Position numbers and translations under genes: made by a program. Below the pieces are notes generated by a model that worked only from the letters and a program-made list of their open reading frames with translations, had not been told where the DNA came from and did not search any database. This document shows, in pieces, positions 13,801-33,166 of a stretch of DNA of 64,000 nucleotides; the first letter of the stretch is position 1; each line of letters begins with the position of its first letter. This DNA comes from Prorocentrum cordatum (lineage: Eukaryota): NCBI GenBank assembly GCA_963575745.1, contig CAUYUJ010000114.1, positions 62,001 through 126,000 on the forward strand, given 5' to 3'.

Positions 13801-16800
13801 CCAGAATATAGCCCACCTTAGAGCAATTGGCACTGGGCAGCAGCAGCAAAGAGCAGGGTCCGGGGTCCAGGTGGCGAGAATGGAATGAAGACTAAGGACA
13901 AGGGAGGGGACGAATCGGAGAGAAGAGGATGGGATATGGGATATAGGAGATAGGGGATAGGGGATAGGAGATAAGGTGGGATAGGATATGAGAGATAGGA
14001 GCTAGGAGAAGGAGAGAAGCAGAAGGAGATGATGGATGATGATGAGCGGGATGCGAGGTGCAAGATGGCGGTGGTGACGGTGATGGGTGATGGGTGATGG
14101 GGGGCGACAGTGATGATGATGATGATGATGATGAGGATGAGGATGATGATGGATGATGGATGATGGCGATGATGAGGGCGAGCGGAGAGCGGAGGCGGAC
14201 GGGGTGGGGAGGAATGAAGAATGAGGGATGAGGAATGAGGGCGAGTGGCGAGTCGGAGGTAACAGGTAACGAGGCCAGAGGGAACGCGTATGTAATGAAG
14301 ATTTAAGGCTTACTGGGCAACAGGCTCCGAGGAGGGAGGAGGACGGAGGGCAAGAGGAGAGAGGGGGGAGGGAGGAGGGGGGGGGGGGTGGGGGGGGAGG
14401 GGGGGGGGGGAGGGGGGGGGAGGGGGGATGGGGGATGGGGGACTCCAGACTCCAGACTCCAGACTCCTGGAAGGACCTGGCGACAGAAGGGAGAAGGGGG
14501 AAGCAGCAGGGAAGAGGGGAGCGGGAGAGAAAGACTCGGGACTCCTGAGAGACTCGGCGCTGCGGACTGCGGGCTCCTCCCTCCCCCCTCCTCCCTCCTC
14601 CCTCCCCCCTCCTCCCACGACGCCCCGGAGGGCGGAGAGCCAGGGCAGCGGCGCGTTAGCGCGTTAGCGCGATCGGTCCTCGTGGCTCGTGGCTCGTAGG
14701 AGGAGGGGGAGGGAGGAAGGAGGAGGGAGGAGAGAGGAGGAGGAGGAAGACGAGGAAGCGGGGCGGAGGACGGAAGGCCGCTAGGGCGGCCCAGAGGGCC
14801 ACAGGTCGGGGCCGACGCAAGCGGCAGGCAAGCGGCAGGTGGCCGGCAGGAACGGCCCCTCATGGGCGGCAGGTGGCTGGCAGGAGCGGCCCCCTCATGG
14901 CAGTGCTGCAGGCCCCCCTCCCCCTGATAGCTGGCCCCCCCCCGATAGCTGGCAGCCCCCCTCCCCCTGATAGCTGGCAGCCCCACCCCCTGATAGCTGG
15001 CAGCCCCCCTCCCCCCCTTCCTGGCAGCCCCCCCCCTGATAAAACATACAAAACGCTTGTGTTTTTGTAACTGTCCGCCCCCTGCCAGCGACGCCTGCCA
15101 GCTATTCCTGCCAGCTATCCTGCCCCCCCAGCTCTCCCGTCAGCTATGTCGTCAGCTATGCCGTCAGCTATGCCGTCAGCTATGCCGTCAGCTATCCGCC
15201 AGCTATCCGTCAGCTATCCGTCAGCTATCCGTCAGCTATCCGTCAGCTATCACATCGGGCTCCTCGGAGCCTCCTTGGAGGCTGGAGGCCGGAGGCCCGC
15301 GGGCCCGCGGCCCGCGTCGGGGTTCGGGTCGGGCGGGGGTTGGGGGCTGGGTGGCTGGGTGCTGGGTGGGAGGAGCCAGGGGCCAGCAGCCAGCGCGCCG
15401 CTCGCCGCTCGCCCTTGCGCCCCTGCACCCTGCACCCTGCCTCCTGCCTCCGAACTCCGAACTCCGAAGGTCCGAAGGCTATGGGCTGCTCCTTTTCCCT
15501 TTCCTCCTGCCTCCTGCCTCCTGCCTCCTCCCTCCTCCTTCCTCCTCCTCATCCCTCCTCCCTCCTCCTCCTCCCTTCTCCCTTCTCTCTTCTCCTCCTC
15601 CTCCTCCTCCAATGCCCTCGCGCAGGTCGCAGGTCAGACCGAATGCCCCCCTAGTTTCCAGTTACCCCCGCCCCCCGCCCACACGCACCACGCACCGCGG
15701 CCCACGGCGTCAAACAGTTCAACGAACCACGGACCGCGGGCCACGGACCACGGACCCCAAGACGCGAGACGCCCCCAGAGCCCAGAGCCCAGAGGGCAGA
15801 GGGCCCCCCCAAGACGGTCGACAGACGATCGATGCCAGATGCCAGATGCCCGATTATTTTTTCTTTCACCGCGGCCCCGCGGCCTGCAGAGGCAAAAGAC
15901 ACGCCGCGCGCCGCGCGCCGCGCGCGGGGACGCGTCTCGCGGCTCGCCGCAGCACAAGGCGCAGGGCGCAGGGTGAAAGGGCCGCCGGCGGCAGCGAGAC
16001 GCGAGACCTCAGACCGACGACCGACCTGGGCCATTCGCCATTCGTCGGCCGTCGGCCCATGCCCGTATCTGTCATCTGTCATGTGTCATGGGTCGTGGGT
16101 AGCTGGTAGCTGGTAGCTAGTAGCTAGTCGCTCGTCTTCGGGAACATGGCCTCTATGCATTCGTCGGCTTGTACACTCCACACATCGCTTCGATCTTCTC
16201 CACGGATGGTGAACTTCAGGACGATATTATGCTTGCCCATCTCGCTCACCAGCGAGACGCATTCCAATGACGCGCTGGGGCCATGCGGACACGAATTGCT
16301 ATCAGGGTGCTCTGCAGAGAGCCGCCTTAACCATACTTGGTCTGTGATACTGATACTCCCCGACTCCGACTGCTGGGACTCGATCGTGCGCAGCGTGTCG
16401 AACGCATCAGCTTTGTCCTTGGGCCCGTGGCCAGCCCAGCCCTTCTGGTCCTCGGGAACACCGCCCTTGTTGTCCACAACGCCCTTGTTGTCCTCGCCGC
16501 CCGTCTCGCACTCGTCGCCCTCGTTGCCCTTCTTGCGCCTCCTCTTGCCGCGCTTCTTGGTGCTGATGAGGTTCGCCGGGGCCGCCGACTTCGAGTTGCG
16601 CTCGCACCTCCTGGTGTCCAACGCCCTGCGCATCGCATCTTCCCACCGCCGCTGCCGCTGCCCCTCCCAGGGCTTCGGCGAGATGGGCTCCACGATATGC
16701 GCGGCCCCCTGCTTGTGCCTGGCAGTCTGCGCGTGATCCTGATCCACGCCGTACAATTTCCACCACTCTTGGACCTGTATGTCCCAGTGCATGCATATGA

Positions 16801-19800
16801 ACATGTTGTTATTGACATGGATTCCTTGGCGCCACAGAGATGGGACCCCTCGCTTATCTTCAAGAAAGAGTGGATTCCCTGCTTGGCGTATCTTATGTGT
16901 TTGGCCTTCGCCACGTGCGAGTCGCGATCCTGCTCGCCCACGAGCGTGTCGCAATACACGCGCGCAAATCCTTCGGCGGTCTCGTCGAACGGGTCATTCG
17001 TACTGTAGTCTTGCAACATAGGGAAGTCCTTGCCTGGCCGCGGCATCGGGGGCTCTCCATCCGCGCGCTCATCATCGCCAGAGTCGTGGCCCACCCGCGC
17101 ATCGTCGTCCGAGTTGCGCGCGCCCCTGCGAGAGCGCTCGGAGTCGCCCCCCGCATCGGAGTCGTCAGCGAACCAGAACTCATTGTCGCCTGTGTAACCC
17201 GTGTACGTGTTCTTGCCCCCGCGCCGGCGCTCATCGTCGTCCTTGTCCTTGTCCTTGTCCCCGCGCCAGCGCTCCTCGTCGGCCGTGGCATCGTCCTTGT
17301 CTTTGACCCCGCGCCAGCGCTCCTCGTCGCCCGTGTCCTCGTCCTTGGCTACTTTGACCCCGCGCCAGCGCTCCGAGCCCGAGCTCGACGCGCCTTGGTC
17401 GCGCTCCACGAACTCCTTGTCCTTGAGGCTGAGCGCCTTGAGCACGATGCAGCGCGGCTGCCGACGCGATGGGGGTCGCGACCTGAGAGGTGACATTCGC
17501 CTGGCCAGCCCCCTCCGGGCATCACTCCCTGTCTCAGACATCATTCTCCCAAACTTTCTCAGCCTCCCGAAGGCATCCCGCCGAGATGTTCGGGAGGCAG
17601 CCGCCGCCAACTCTCCAGCTTCCTCTATGGGCATCCCCAGATCAGCAATCTGTTGGCGCCGAGAAGGTGTCAGTTGGCTAGGATGTGGTGTCATCATTCC
17701 GCTGGACGAACTCATGTTGCTGTTGCTACGCGCTGCGCTGCTGCGCCAGCGCGCGCCGCGCGCGCGCGCGCGCGCCGGCCCCCGGCGGCAGCCCTCGCCG
17801 GCGGCCGCAGCCACCGGCCTTGTGCTTTGTTTGAGCCAAAACGGCTATGAGCTACGGGATCGGGGATCGAGGTTCGAGGGTGGCCAACCCACGACGGCCC
17901 AAGGCCCAACGGCCCAAGGCCCAACCCAAGACGGCCCAACCTAACCCCCCAACCCCCAACCCCGCCCCGCACCCCGCACTTTCGCATGGTTGGGTCCCCC
18001 GTCCCCCGCCAACTTCCACCTTTCTTGCGGCGTTGGGGGTTGGGGGTTGGGGGATTGGGGGATTGGGGTGCGGGGTGCGGGGGTGTTGGGCGTCGGGCCA
18101 TCGGCCATCGGCGTGCACTTTGCACCCGCGGCGCGCATCGCTGTCCTTTTAACTGTTGCTTTCTGCTCTCTGCTTTCTTCATTGCTGCATGCTGCGTGCT
18201 GATTGCTGATTGCTGATTGCTGCTTGCTGCTGGCTGTTGGCTGCTGGTTGCTGGCTGCTGGCTGCTGGCTGCTTGCTGATTGCTGATTGCTGATTGCTGC
18301 TTCCCGCTTGCCGCATGCTGCTTGCTGCTGGCTTCGGTTGATCTCCCCATGGGGCCACGACGCGCGCGACGCGTGGAATGTGGAATGCGAGGTGCGAGGG
18401 GTGGCGTGCCGAGATGGGCGGTGGGGGCGCGGGGCGCGGGGCGCCACTGAGATTTCGGATTTCGATGCTCGATGCCCGATGCCCGATACTTCCGCTGGAG
18501 GTTGGAGCCCCCAGCTCCCTGTGGGATGTGGGATGTGGGAGCTGGGAGTCCTGAGTCCTGGCCCTGGCTGAGGGCTGAGGAGGAGGAGGGAGGAGGGAGG
18601 AATGAGGAGGGAGGAGGGGAGAGGGGGGAAGGGGGAAGGGGAGGAGGGAGGAGGGATGAGGGAGTAGCGAGGAAGGCAGAAGGCAGGAGGCAGGAGGCAA
18701 TACGTTGTACGTAGTGCGCGTCGCCGCCGGCTGTCCCTTTCAAAACGAAGACCCAACGCGCCGCGGGGCAGCAGCAACGGCGGCAGCAACAGCAACAGCA
18801 ACAGAAACAGAGCCCGGCAAGCAACGATCTCGAATCTCGACCCTCGACCCTCGACCCTCGACCCTCGAGGCAGGCGGCAGGCTACGCAGGGGGCAGGGGC
18901 GCAGGGGCCAGGCGCTAGGCTCAGCACGCATACGACAGCTGAGCCTTCAAGAGATCGAGGATGTCGTTGAAGACCTTCCCAGTCCTGTAGCGGGCAGCGG
19001 GCGGCGGGCATGCTTATCCCTTATCCCCCGCCACCCGCCTCCTCCTCCTCCTCCTCCCTCCTCCTACGCCCCGCGCCTCCTCCCTCCCCCCTCCTCCCTC
19101 CCCCCCCTTCCCCCTTCCTCCCCTCCCCCTTCCTCCTTCCTCCTCCTCTCCTCCTCCGCCTCCTTCTTCACCCTTCACCGACAGCGACGTCGTCGCCTTT
19201 CTTCTCCTCGCAGCGCGCTCTGCCACTGCCCACTGCCCGCTGCCACATGCCGCACCCTGCTCAACGCTCAACGCTCGACTGCCAACTGCCCACTCCAACG
19301 TCCAACCTCCACCTCCCTTCTCCTCATTCCTAATTCCTATAATCCATACCCCATACCTCCTACCTTCTACGTGCCAGTTGCCAGGTGCAAGGTATACCCC
19401 GCCCCTCTCCCTCCTTCCGCCCCCCACCTCCCGCCCCCCACCCGCGCCCCTCCTCCCTCCTTCATCCCCCTTTCTTCTCGTAATATCGTCCTCATCCTCC
19501 ATCCTCCTCGACCCTCGGCCCTCGGCTGCATCTCCCCCTTCTCCCTTCTCCCTTCTCTCTTGACTCTTGACTTTAATGCTGCATCCTGGCTGCTGATCGC
19601 TGATCCTCGTCGGCCTCCCGCCCCCTCCTCATTGTTCATTACTCATTACTCATTGCTCGTTGCCCTCCTCATCCCTCATCCCAAGACCCAAGATATGCAA
19701 ATCGAGTCCTGTGTGTCCCGGCTGCAACGCAATACATGTTGCCTTCGTCGCGGCAGTGATGGTTCACGCGAGCCACGTCGTCGCAGGGGGAGCCAGCTAC

Positions 19801-20322
19801 GAGGCCATCGGCCTTCTCTATCATCTGCTCCGTGTCCGTGATGCGGTCGGTCGCAATGGCCGTCTTGAGGTCGGCTGCATCTGAAAATATTGAAGGGCAG
19901 TCTGGGTGCAGCTTAATGATGAACCTCTGCTTGCAAGGATCGTTCTCGCAGGCCCAGACCTGCCGATACGCTAGATCAGGACCTGGGGCGCGCGACTCTG
20001 AACTGCAGACTGCGCGCGCCAGGGCCTTATTGCACCAGACAGCCAAATCCGTGCCACTACAGATCGTGCTGAAAGTAATCTCGCCGAGAGTGCTAATTGC
20101 CTTCATGTCATTTGGGTTCAGCCTGGCAACCAAGCGCTTAGCAAGCGCGGCCTGCCCGCCCTGGGGCGAATCGATGACCACCTCGCCAGGCTGCTGCCGC
20201 GCGAGCAATTGGGGCAGCGGCCCCTGAAACGGAGACTTCAGCACCTCTACAACCTTGAGCACGCCCGACTTCCACATAGCTATGTAATGCGCGGTCGCCC
20301 CGGCGGCGGCCTCCTTGGACAT
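3016..20322 (-). CDS. DNMT5-like C5 cytosine DNA methyltransferase, 4 exons (20322-19709, 18984-18945, 13816-13609, 3821-3016), about 555 aa, no SNF2 domain seen
   Basis: Motifs occur in canonical order: I STICSGTD, II WACEND, IV VAGSPC (catalytic Cys intact), V TGKVF, VI ILENV, VIII GFPCSRTRLYILCVKND, target-recognition region SACLT, IX GRLAHGVEHLMMMG, X NMAGNAF. Exon lengths 614+40+208+806 = 1668 nt keep the frame. Donors are GA/GC/GT and acceptors are AG|G. Confidence 0.8.
4221..4311. repeat. Two imperfect direct copies of a ~40-nt unit (tgcttgcgccat.ggttgcgccct..cgccgagaat)
   Basis: Copies at about 4221-4260 and 4273-4311. A nearby hairpin gtgcatatt..aatatgcac lies at about 4473-4500. 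Confidence 0.7.
6245..6560 (-). pseudogene. Decayed ankyrin-repeat gene fragment inside DNMT intron 3
   Basis: HHIAARRGREHVIAQLLEHAASVDAYDDGDQAL matches the ankyrin consensus (LHxAAxxGHxxVVxxLLxxGAxVDxxD). Another frame gives ESKNSLGKMAKDM. Confidence 0.65.
10993..12414 (-). CDS. Intronless 473-aa protein: C2H2 (matrin/U1-like) zinc finger, Pro/Ala linker, long coiled coil; nested in DNMT intron 3
   Basis: CELC..HLMSEKH motif, Q/E/L-rich helical C-terminal region, clean ATG-to-TAG ORF, and a spliced-leader-like motif about 130 nt upstream. Confidence 0.75.
   Translation of the reverse strand: MSRRATPTTAMIAPQVWESTMEPVNYLKYVPEWQCFHCELCNAYCCNRGEHADWDTHLMSEKHLSSVDALLMAWLKESGQEDAVISNPQRPPRPASWGGVRHAAAAAAAAAGAAAGAAPVPPPRPSPPPGAPPGAGVAAAAGDDRQLRGQPTQAAAAPSDGAGQSWPAWSQAQANEAAAFRKTVDTTLQTLQRAQEVRDSLANQVQEAEGTLQRAEATATRAGTHLQDVETTMSSAETNLQEAEREVQRIQDQLSDQLRQVQDQLLETDQRVMGMTTRLQEPLEQFFVRHLAGWDQRMKAMEDRLQAAEGCSEQLQRQLRDANDRLQASEARGQALEAAAASGGSSGSAGAAAGAGAAGAAAGDGAAGAAAGDGAGDRASALATTLALANTEQQMQATTNRMDQLGQEMTQVSRHNTNEMQTITNRMDQIDRQMTQVNQQTTETSGRLSDLDWKVRVCENTIRGFGSEQRASS
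12546..12565 (-). other. Relict dinoflagellate spliced-leader-like sequence
   Basis: Minus strand reads ccgcagtcgttttggctcga versus DinoSL CCGTAGCCATTTTGGCTCAA (16/20). Confidence 0.65.
13609..13816 (-). CDS. DNMT exon 3 (motifs VI-VIII)
   Basis: VGYILENV..LDPRHFGFPCSRTRLYIL. Acceptor ctctaag|gtg and GT donor at 13608. Confidence 0.85.
14870..15250. repeat. Foldback/MITE-like element with inverted arrays of a GATAGCTGRC motif
   Basis: The left arm repeats ctgatagctggcagcccc and the right arm repeats (g/t)ccgtcagctat / gccagctatc. They flank an AT-rich spacer aaaacata..tgtttttg at about 15040-15068. Confidence 0.6.
16124..17715 (-). CDS. Unknown ~512-aa charged protein (2 exons: 17715-16878, 16824-16124) nested in DNMT intron 2
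   Basis: ORFs 16327..17814 and 16124..16954 both contain QGIH. A 53-nt GA-AG intron (16877-16825) flanked by the repeat ggaatcca joins them in frame. There are internal ERWRGxKDKD repeats and a spliced-leader relict upstream. Confidence 0.65.
17831..17849 (-). other. Relict spliced-leader-like sequence
   Basis: Minus strand reads catagccgttttggctcaa versus DinoSL CGTAGCCATTTTGGCTCAA (17/19), 115 nt upstream of ATG 17715. Confidence 0.8.
18945..18984 (-). CDS. DNMT exon 2 (40-nt micro-exon, motif V region)
   Basis: ctacag|g act ggg aag gtc ttc aac gac atc ctc gat ctc ttg aag|gc encodes (R)TGKVFNDILDLLK. It is not in the ORF track. The 3' boundary is uncertain. Confidence 0.7.
19709..20322 (-). 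CDS. DNMT exon 1 (motifs I-IV)
   Basis: ORF 19669..20322 contains TFSTICSGTD, QVWACENDPCKQRFI, IFSDAADL and DGLVAGSPCDDVARVN. Confidence 0.9.
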
Positions 20323-21350
20323 GGCCCGACACGGGCCGCGGACAGCACTAAGGACTAAGATGTTGCGGGCGTGGGTGGCGGCTGTAAATAAAACTCTCTG
20401 ATCTCTGACCCTTGGCCCTTGGCCCTTGGAGCCCAGAGCCCAACGAACGCGCTGCGGATAAATCGATGACCGATCACCGCCCGACGCCCGACTCGGGACA
20501 TCCAGTTAGGTGCAAGGGGCAGAGGGCAAGGAGGCAAGGGCCGATGTGGCAGGGGCGACGACGACGCGCGCGCGATGCCTGGGGGGGCGCTGCCGCGGCC
20601 CCCAGCCCCCAGCCCAGCCCCAAATCCCTAGTCCTTGCGAGTGGTGAGTGGTTCGAGCAGCGTCCTGCGCGGCAACGAGATCCAATGTCCGAGATCCGCC
20701 AGCCCGCAGCCCGCCGCGGCCCGAAGCCCCGAATAACATGGAAAACCAATTATATCCTCTCCTCCCTCCCCCCTCCCTCTCCTCTCATAAATCATAAATC
20801 ATAATTCATACTCTTCGTGCTTCGTGCATTGCCTCCTCCCTCCTTCCTCCTCCCTCCTCCCCCCCCCTCATCCTCCGAGTTCTCCCCCTTCCCTCTTCCC
20901 CCTCCTCCTTCCTTTCTTCCTTTCACTCTCTACTCTCTCCTCCCCCCTCCTTCGCTCCGCGCGCCCCTCTCCCCCCCTCCCGACGCCGTGCCGCGTCGGC
21001 GACAAGTGCGGCTCCCAGGACTGCCCTGGGACGGGCCGCTCCGCTCCCCCCCGCGTCCCCCGCCTCTGATTTCTGATTGAGTTCTGAGCTTCCGCCCATT
21101 TCTCTACCTCCTTCCTCCTCCCCCCCCTCCTACCCCCACCCCTGATCACCCTCCATCCTCCATCCTCCATCTCGAGAAACTTGCCAGGGCAATCCCCGCG
21201 AGGGGCCCGGGGGGCGTTCTCGGCGGACGTTCGGCCAGCCATGCCACCTGCCACCTGCCACCTCGACGGTTTCCGGACACGTGAGCAGCGAGAAGGATGT
21301 TGAGGGAAAAGCGAAATTGCAACGGCTCAGGGCGCAGGAGCCAGCGAAGA

Positions 21351-22445
21351 TCACACCTCCACGAACTCCCCATGGTCCGTTAGGTTCGGCCCCGCCTCGT
21401 TCTCGGAGCCCCTCGTCGTCATCGGAACCATCGGAACCGTTAGGTTCGGCCTCGCTAGAGCATAGCACACGTCACAGCCAGGAAACAGATCACCGAAACT
21501 GAACTTGTAGTCAAAACACTTCAAACACGTCAAGTGTGCGTAGTACGGGTCATCCTTGTTCTCCTACGTGGGATATATGATGCAAACATACACAGAAACA
21601 CAGATATCAAGCATTATGCCTCCTCTAAGTGTCCCGCTCCCCTCTCCCTCCTTCCTCCCTTCTCCTGCTACTTCTCCCTTCTCCCCTCCTCCACCTCCGA
21701 CCTCCGTCACTGATTCGTTCCGTGCTTCACTCCCCCTCCCAAATCCCCTACTCATCTCACCTATGACCTATGTGTGATGTGGGTTGGTAAATTGGTGCCC
21801 TGCCCAGTCCTGCCAACTCTTCTCGTGTAAGCGCTTGATATACTCAGGTCGGTTGTCGACCCCGGCCCATGGTGGCGTTGGCGCATGGTCGATTTGAACG
21901 TTGCCGCTCGCACTCGAGGTAGCACAGCGGTCGGTACCACAGCCCATGCAATGTGCATGTTCGTCGTTCTCCATCCTGCCACACACCTGGCACTTCCACT
22001 GAACGCCCTCCATGCCCTCCTGCTCCGAGTCGTTCTCGTCCTCCGAGGCGGCCTCCCTGCCCTCGTCCTCCGAGGCGGCCTCCTCGTCCTCCGGGGCGGC
22101 CTCTTGCTTGCCCGTGCGCAGAGACAACGTCTTGCACGACCATGAGCCGTGAGAGCGCGAGCCCTCCTGCTCCGAGTCGTCGTCGCGCATCCCGAAATGG
22201 TGCCACGCCGCCGCCGCCCTGAACAAAGGGCCATGATAGATCCAAGAGCCTTGCCAGGCCGAGCCGTCCGAGTCGTCCTCCTGCTCCGCGCCCTCCCCGT
22301 GGATGCGAACGTCCTCCGCGGGCTCTATCTGGGCGGGGGAGATCTGCGCCGCCGCCACGTCGGCTTCGCACCTCGCGATCTCTGCTTCACTGTATCGGAT
22401 GGCGCCGGCGCGGCGCGCCTCGAAGTCCTGGTTCAGCCGCTCCAT
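21351..22445 (-). CDS. Acidic protein with RanBP2-type-like zinc finger and a second CxxC..CxxC motif (exons 22445-21810, 21563-21351)
   Basis: WKCQVCGRMENDEHAHCMGCG. A GA-AG intron at 21809-21564 joins SWQ|ENKDDPYYAHLTCLKC..GCDVC in frame. The C-terminus may be frameshifted near 21460. Confidence 0.6.
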
Positions 22446-22460
22446 GGAGCGAATGAGCTC

Positions 22461-22482
22461 TGAGCCAACAACAGGGCTGCGG
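22461..22482 (-). other. Degenerate spliced-leader-like sequence
   Basis: Minus strand reads ccgcagccctgttgttggctca. Its 5' end matches DinoSL at 7/8 and its 3' end at 8/8, about 15 nt upstream of ATG 22445. Confidence 0.5.
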
Positions 22483-23479
22483 GCTGCTGGGCTGCTGGTG
22501 CCTGATGCCCTGAGCAGTGAGCAGGGCAACATTACGAATTACGAATAAGATATAAAATGCGATTCCTCCTTCTCCCTTCTCCTCCCCCCTCCCTGATCCC
22601 TCCCCCCAGCAACTCTCTCTTGCACTCTTGCACAGGCGCGCGGCGCGCGCGCGCGCCGCCCCCCGCTTCGGCGCCTCGGAGTTGGCGTGGGGGGAAACGA
22701 CGACGACGACGCCTCCTCCTCCTCCTCCTCTCCTCTCCCCCTCCGTACTCCTCCAGCTCCACGCCCCCCGTCTCCTCACTCATCATTCCTCATTCCACAT
22801 CCACTCCACCCATCCTCCTGCTTCCCCTTTCATCTTTCTCCTACTGTAAACGAGGAAGGAGAGGAGAAGGCAGACGGGGGGGGCAATCGCGTGGGAGAGG
22901 AGAGAGGAGAGAGGAGGGAAGAGGGCGGGGAGGCGGAGGAGCGGAGGAGGGAGAGGTGGAGGGGGGAGGGGGGATGGGGCAGGCGGCAATCAGAAGGGGG
23001 AAGGGGGGGCAGGGAGCTGGCGGAGGAGGGGGCAGGAAGGAGGAAGGGGCAACTACTGGCGAGCAGTTTGCTTCACCAGTCAAATGACTGACCTTTGGCG
23101 GTGGCCAACGGCTCACACCGAGAAACGAGAAACTGGGAAAGCAGCATCCCAGGAGCCGGGAAGCCCGTGCATGGGGGCCACGAGGTTCACGGTTTACGCG
23201 GGCAGCAGAGACCAACGGGCTAGGTGGGATAGGAGAGAGGCGGGGCCAGAAACACGCCCGGCGCGTGTCGCGTGCCACATGTCACGCGACACGCGGTCAC
23301 CCGGCCGCGCGCCGCGCGGCGCGCAATCGCGCGTTGCGCGCCGCGTGAGATGACATACAACAGGAGCTTGCTCACAAAGAAGAGCATGTGTGGATCGGCC
23401 ATACTGGGGAGGAATCCAGCCGCCACCTGCCCAGGGACTGAAGCCCTGCGCTCCACCGAACATGTGGCCTTCCCCCTTC

Positions 23480-23680
23480 TCGCCGAGGAAGCCCTCGTCG
23501 CCGAAGAAGCCCTCCTCGCCGAAGAAGCCTTCCTCGCCGATGAAACCCTCCTCGCTCCACGCCTCAAGCGGCAAGCGGCAATCTGCCTCGCCGAAGACCG
23601 GAGAACGACGAAACCCTCGTCGCCGAAGAAACCCTCCTCGCCGAAGAAAACCTCATCGCCGAAGAAAACCTCCACCTCCA
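23480..23680. repeat. 18-bp tandem repeat (gccgaagaarccctcstc), two clusters
   Basis: Translates as SSPKKP repeats on + and FFGEEG repeats on -. Confidence 0.8.
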
Positions 23681-23737
23681 CTCCCCGCTCCTCGCACATC
23701 ACTCAAGCCTCATGCCTCAGGCCTCAGGCCTCAGGCC

Positions 23738-32029
<8,292 letters not shown>

Positions 32030-33166
32030 GGCCGCCAGCCGCCAGCCGCAGCGCGCGGCGCGAAGGGCCGAACGCCCTGGGCCCAAGGAGGAGGAAGAAG
32101 GAAGAGGAGAGAGGGAAGAGCAGGAGCCTCCTCCTCCTCAGCATTCAGCACTCAGCACTCAGCATCCAGCATCCTCTATCCTCCTCCCTCCTCCTCCCTT
32201 CCTCCCTCCTCCTCTTCTTCCCGCATCCCCCCTCCCTCCTCTTCAATTTTCTCTTCGTCCTCTCAGCTCTCAGCGTTCTCTTCATCATCATTCATCCTTC
32301 ATCCTTCATCATTCATCCTCTCATCCTCTCAGACTTCTCATTTCTCATTGCTCATTTCTCTTCCTCATCTCTCATCTCCTCCTCCTCCTCCTCCTCCTCC
32401 TTCCTCCTCGCTCCTCGTCCCCCTCCTTCTCCTTCTCCTTCCTCCTCCCCCTCCTCCTCCCTCCCCCCATCCACCCTCCATGATCCTTACCCCAGCGGCG
32501 CGCGCGGCGCGCGCGGCGCGCGGCGCGCGCGCGCCCGCCTCGAAGTTGAAGACGTCGGCCGGGCGGCGCGACGAATGACGACGGCGACGACGACGACGAC
32601 CGACGACGACGACCCCCGCGTCGACGCCGACGCCGACTCTGACGACGACGACGACAACCGACGACGACGACACCCGCGTCGACGCCGACGCTGACGACGA
32701 CGAAGGGGAGAGGGAGCGGACAGCGGACAACAACCAAGCGACGGAGGAGAGCAGCATGGTGGCGAAGGACCCAGTCATAGCCTGGCGAAGAACCCAACCA
32801 TAGCCTGGCGAAGGACCTAGCCATAGGCCATAGCCCATAGCCCATAGCCCGGCGAAGGACCCAGGGGAGGAGACTGCGGAGTGCGGCGGAGGCGGAGAGG
32901 AGAGAGGAGAGGAAAGGAGGAGAGAGGAGAGAGGAGGAGAGGCAGAGGATCAGAGGATGACGGATGAGAGGAGGAAGGAGGATGGAGGATGGAGGAAGTA
33001 AATCGTTAAGAGTATAGAGGATGCCCTGCGACTTGCGAATGGACGGAGGACGGAGGACGGAGGGCGGAGGAAGAGGACGAGAGGACGAGATTGGCGATTT
33101 TTCTTCAGCCGCCGACCCCTCCACGCTTCCCGCTTCCACGCTCCACGCGTGGTCCACGCTCCACGA

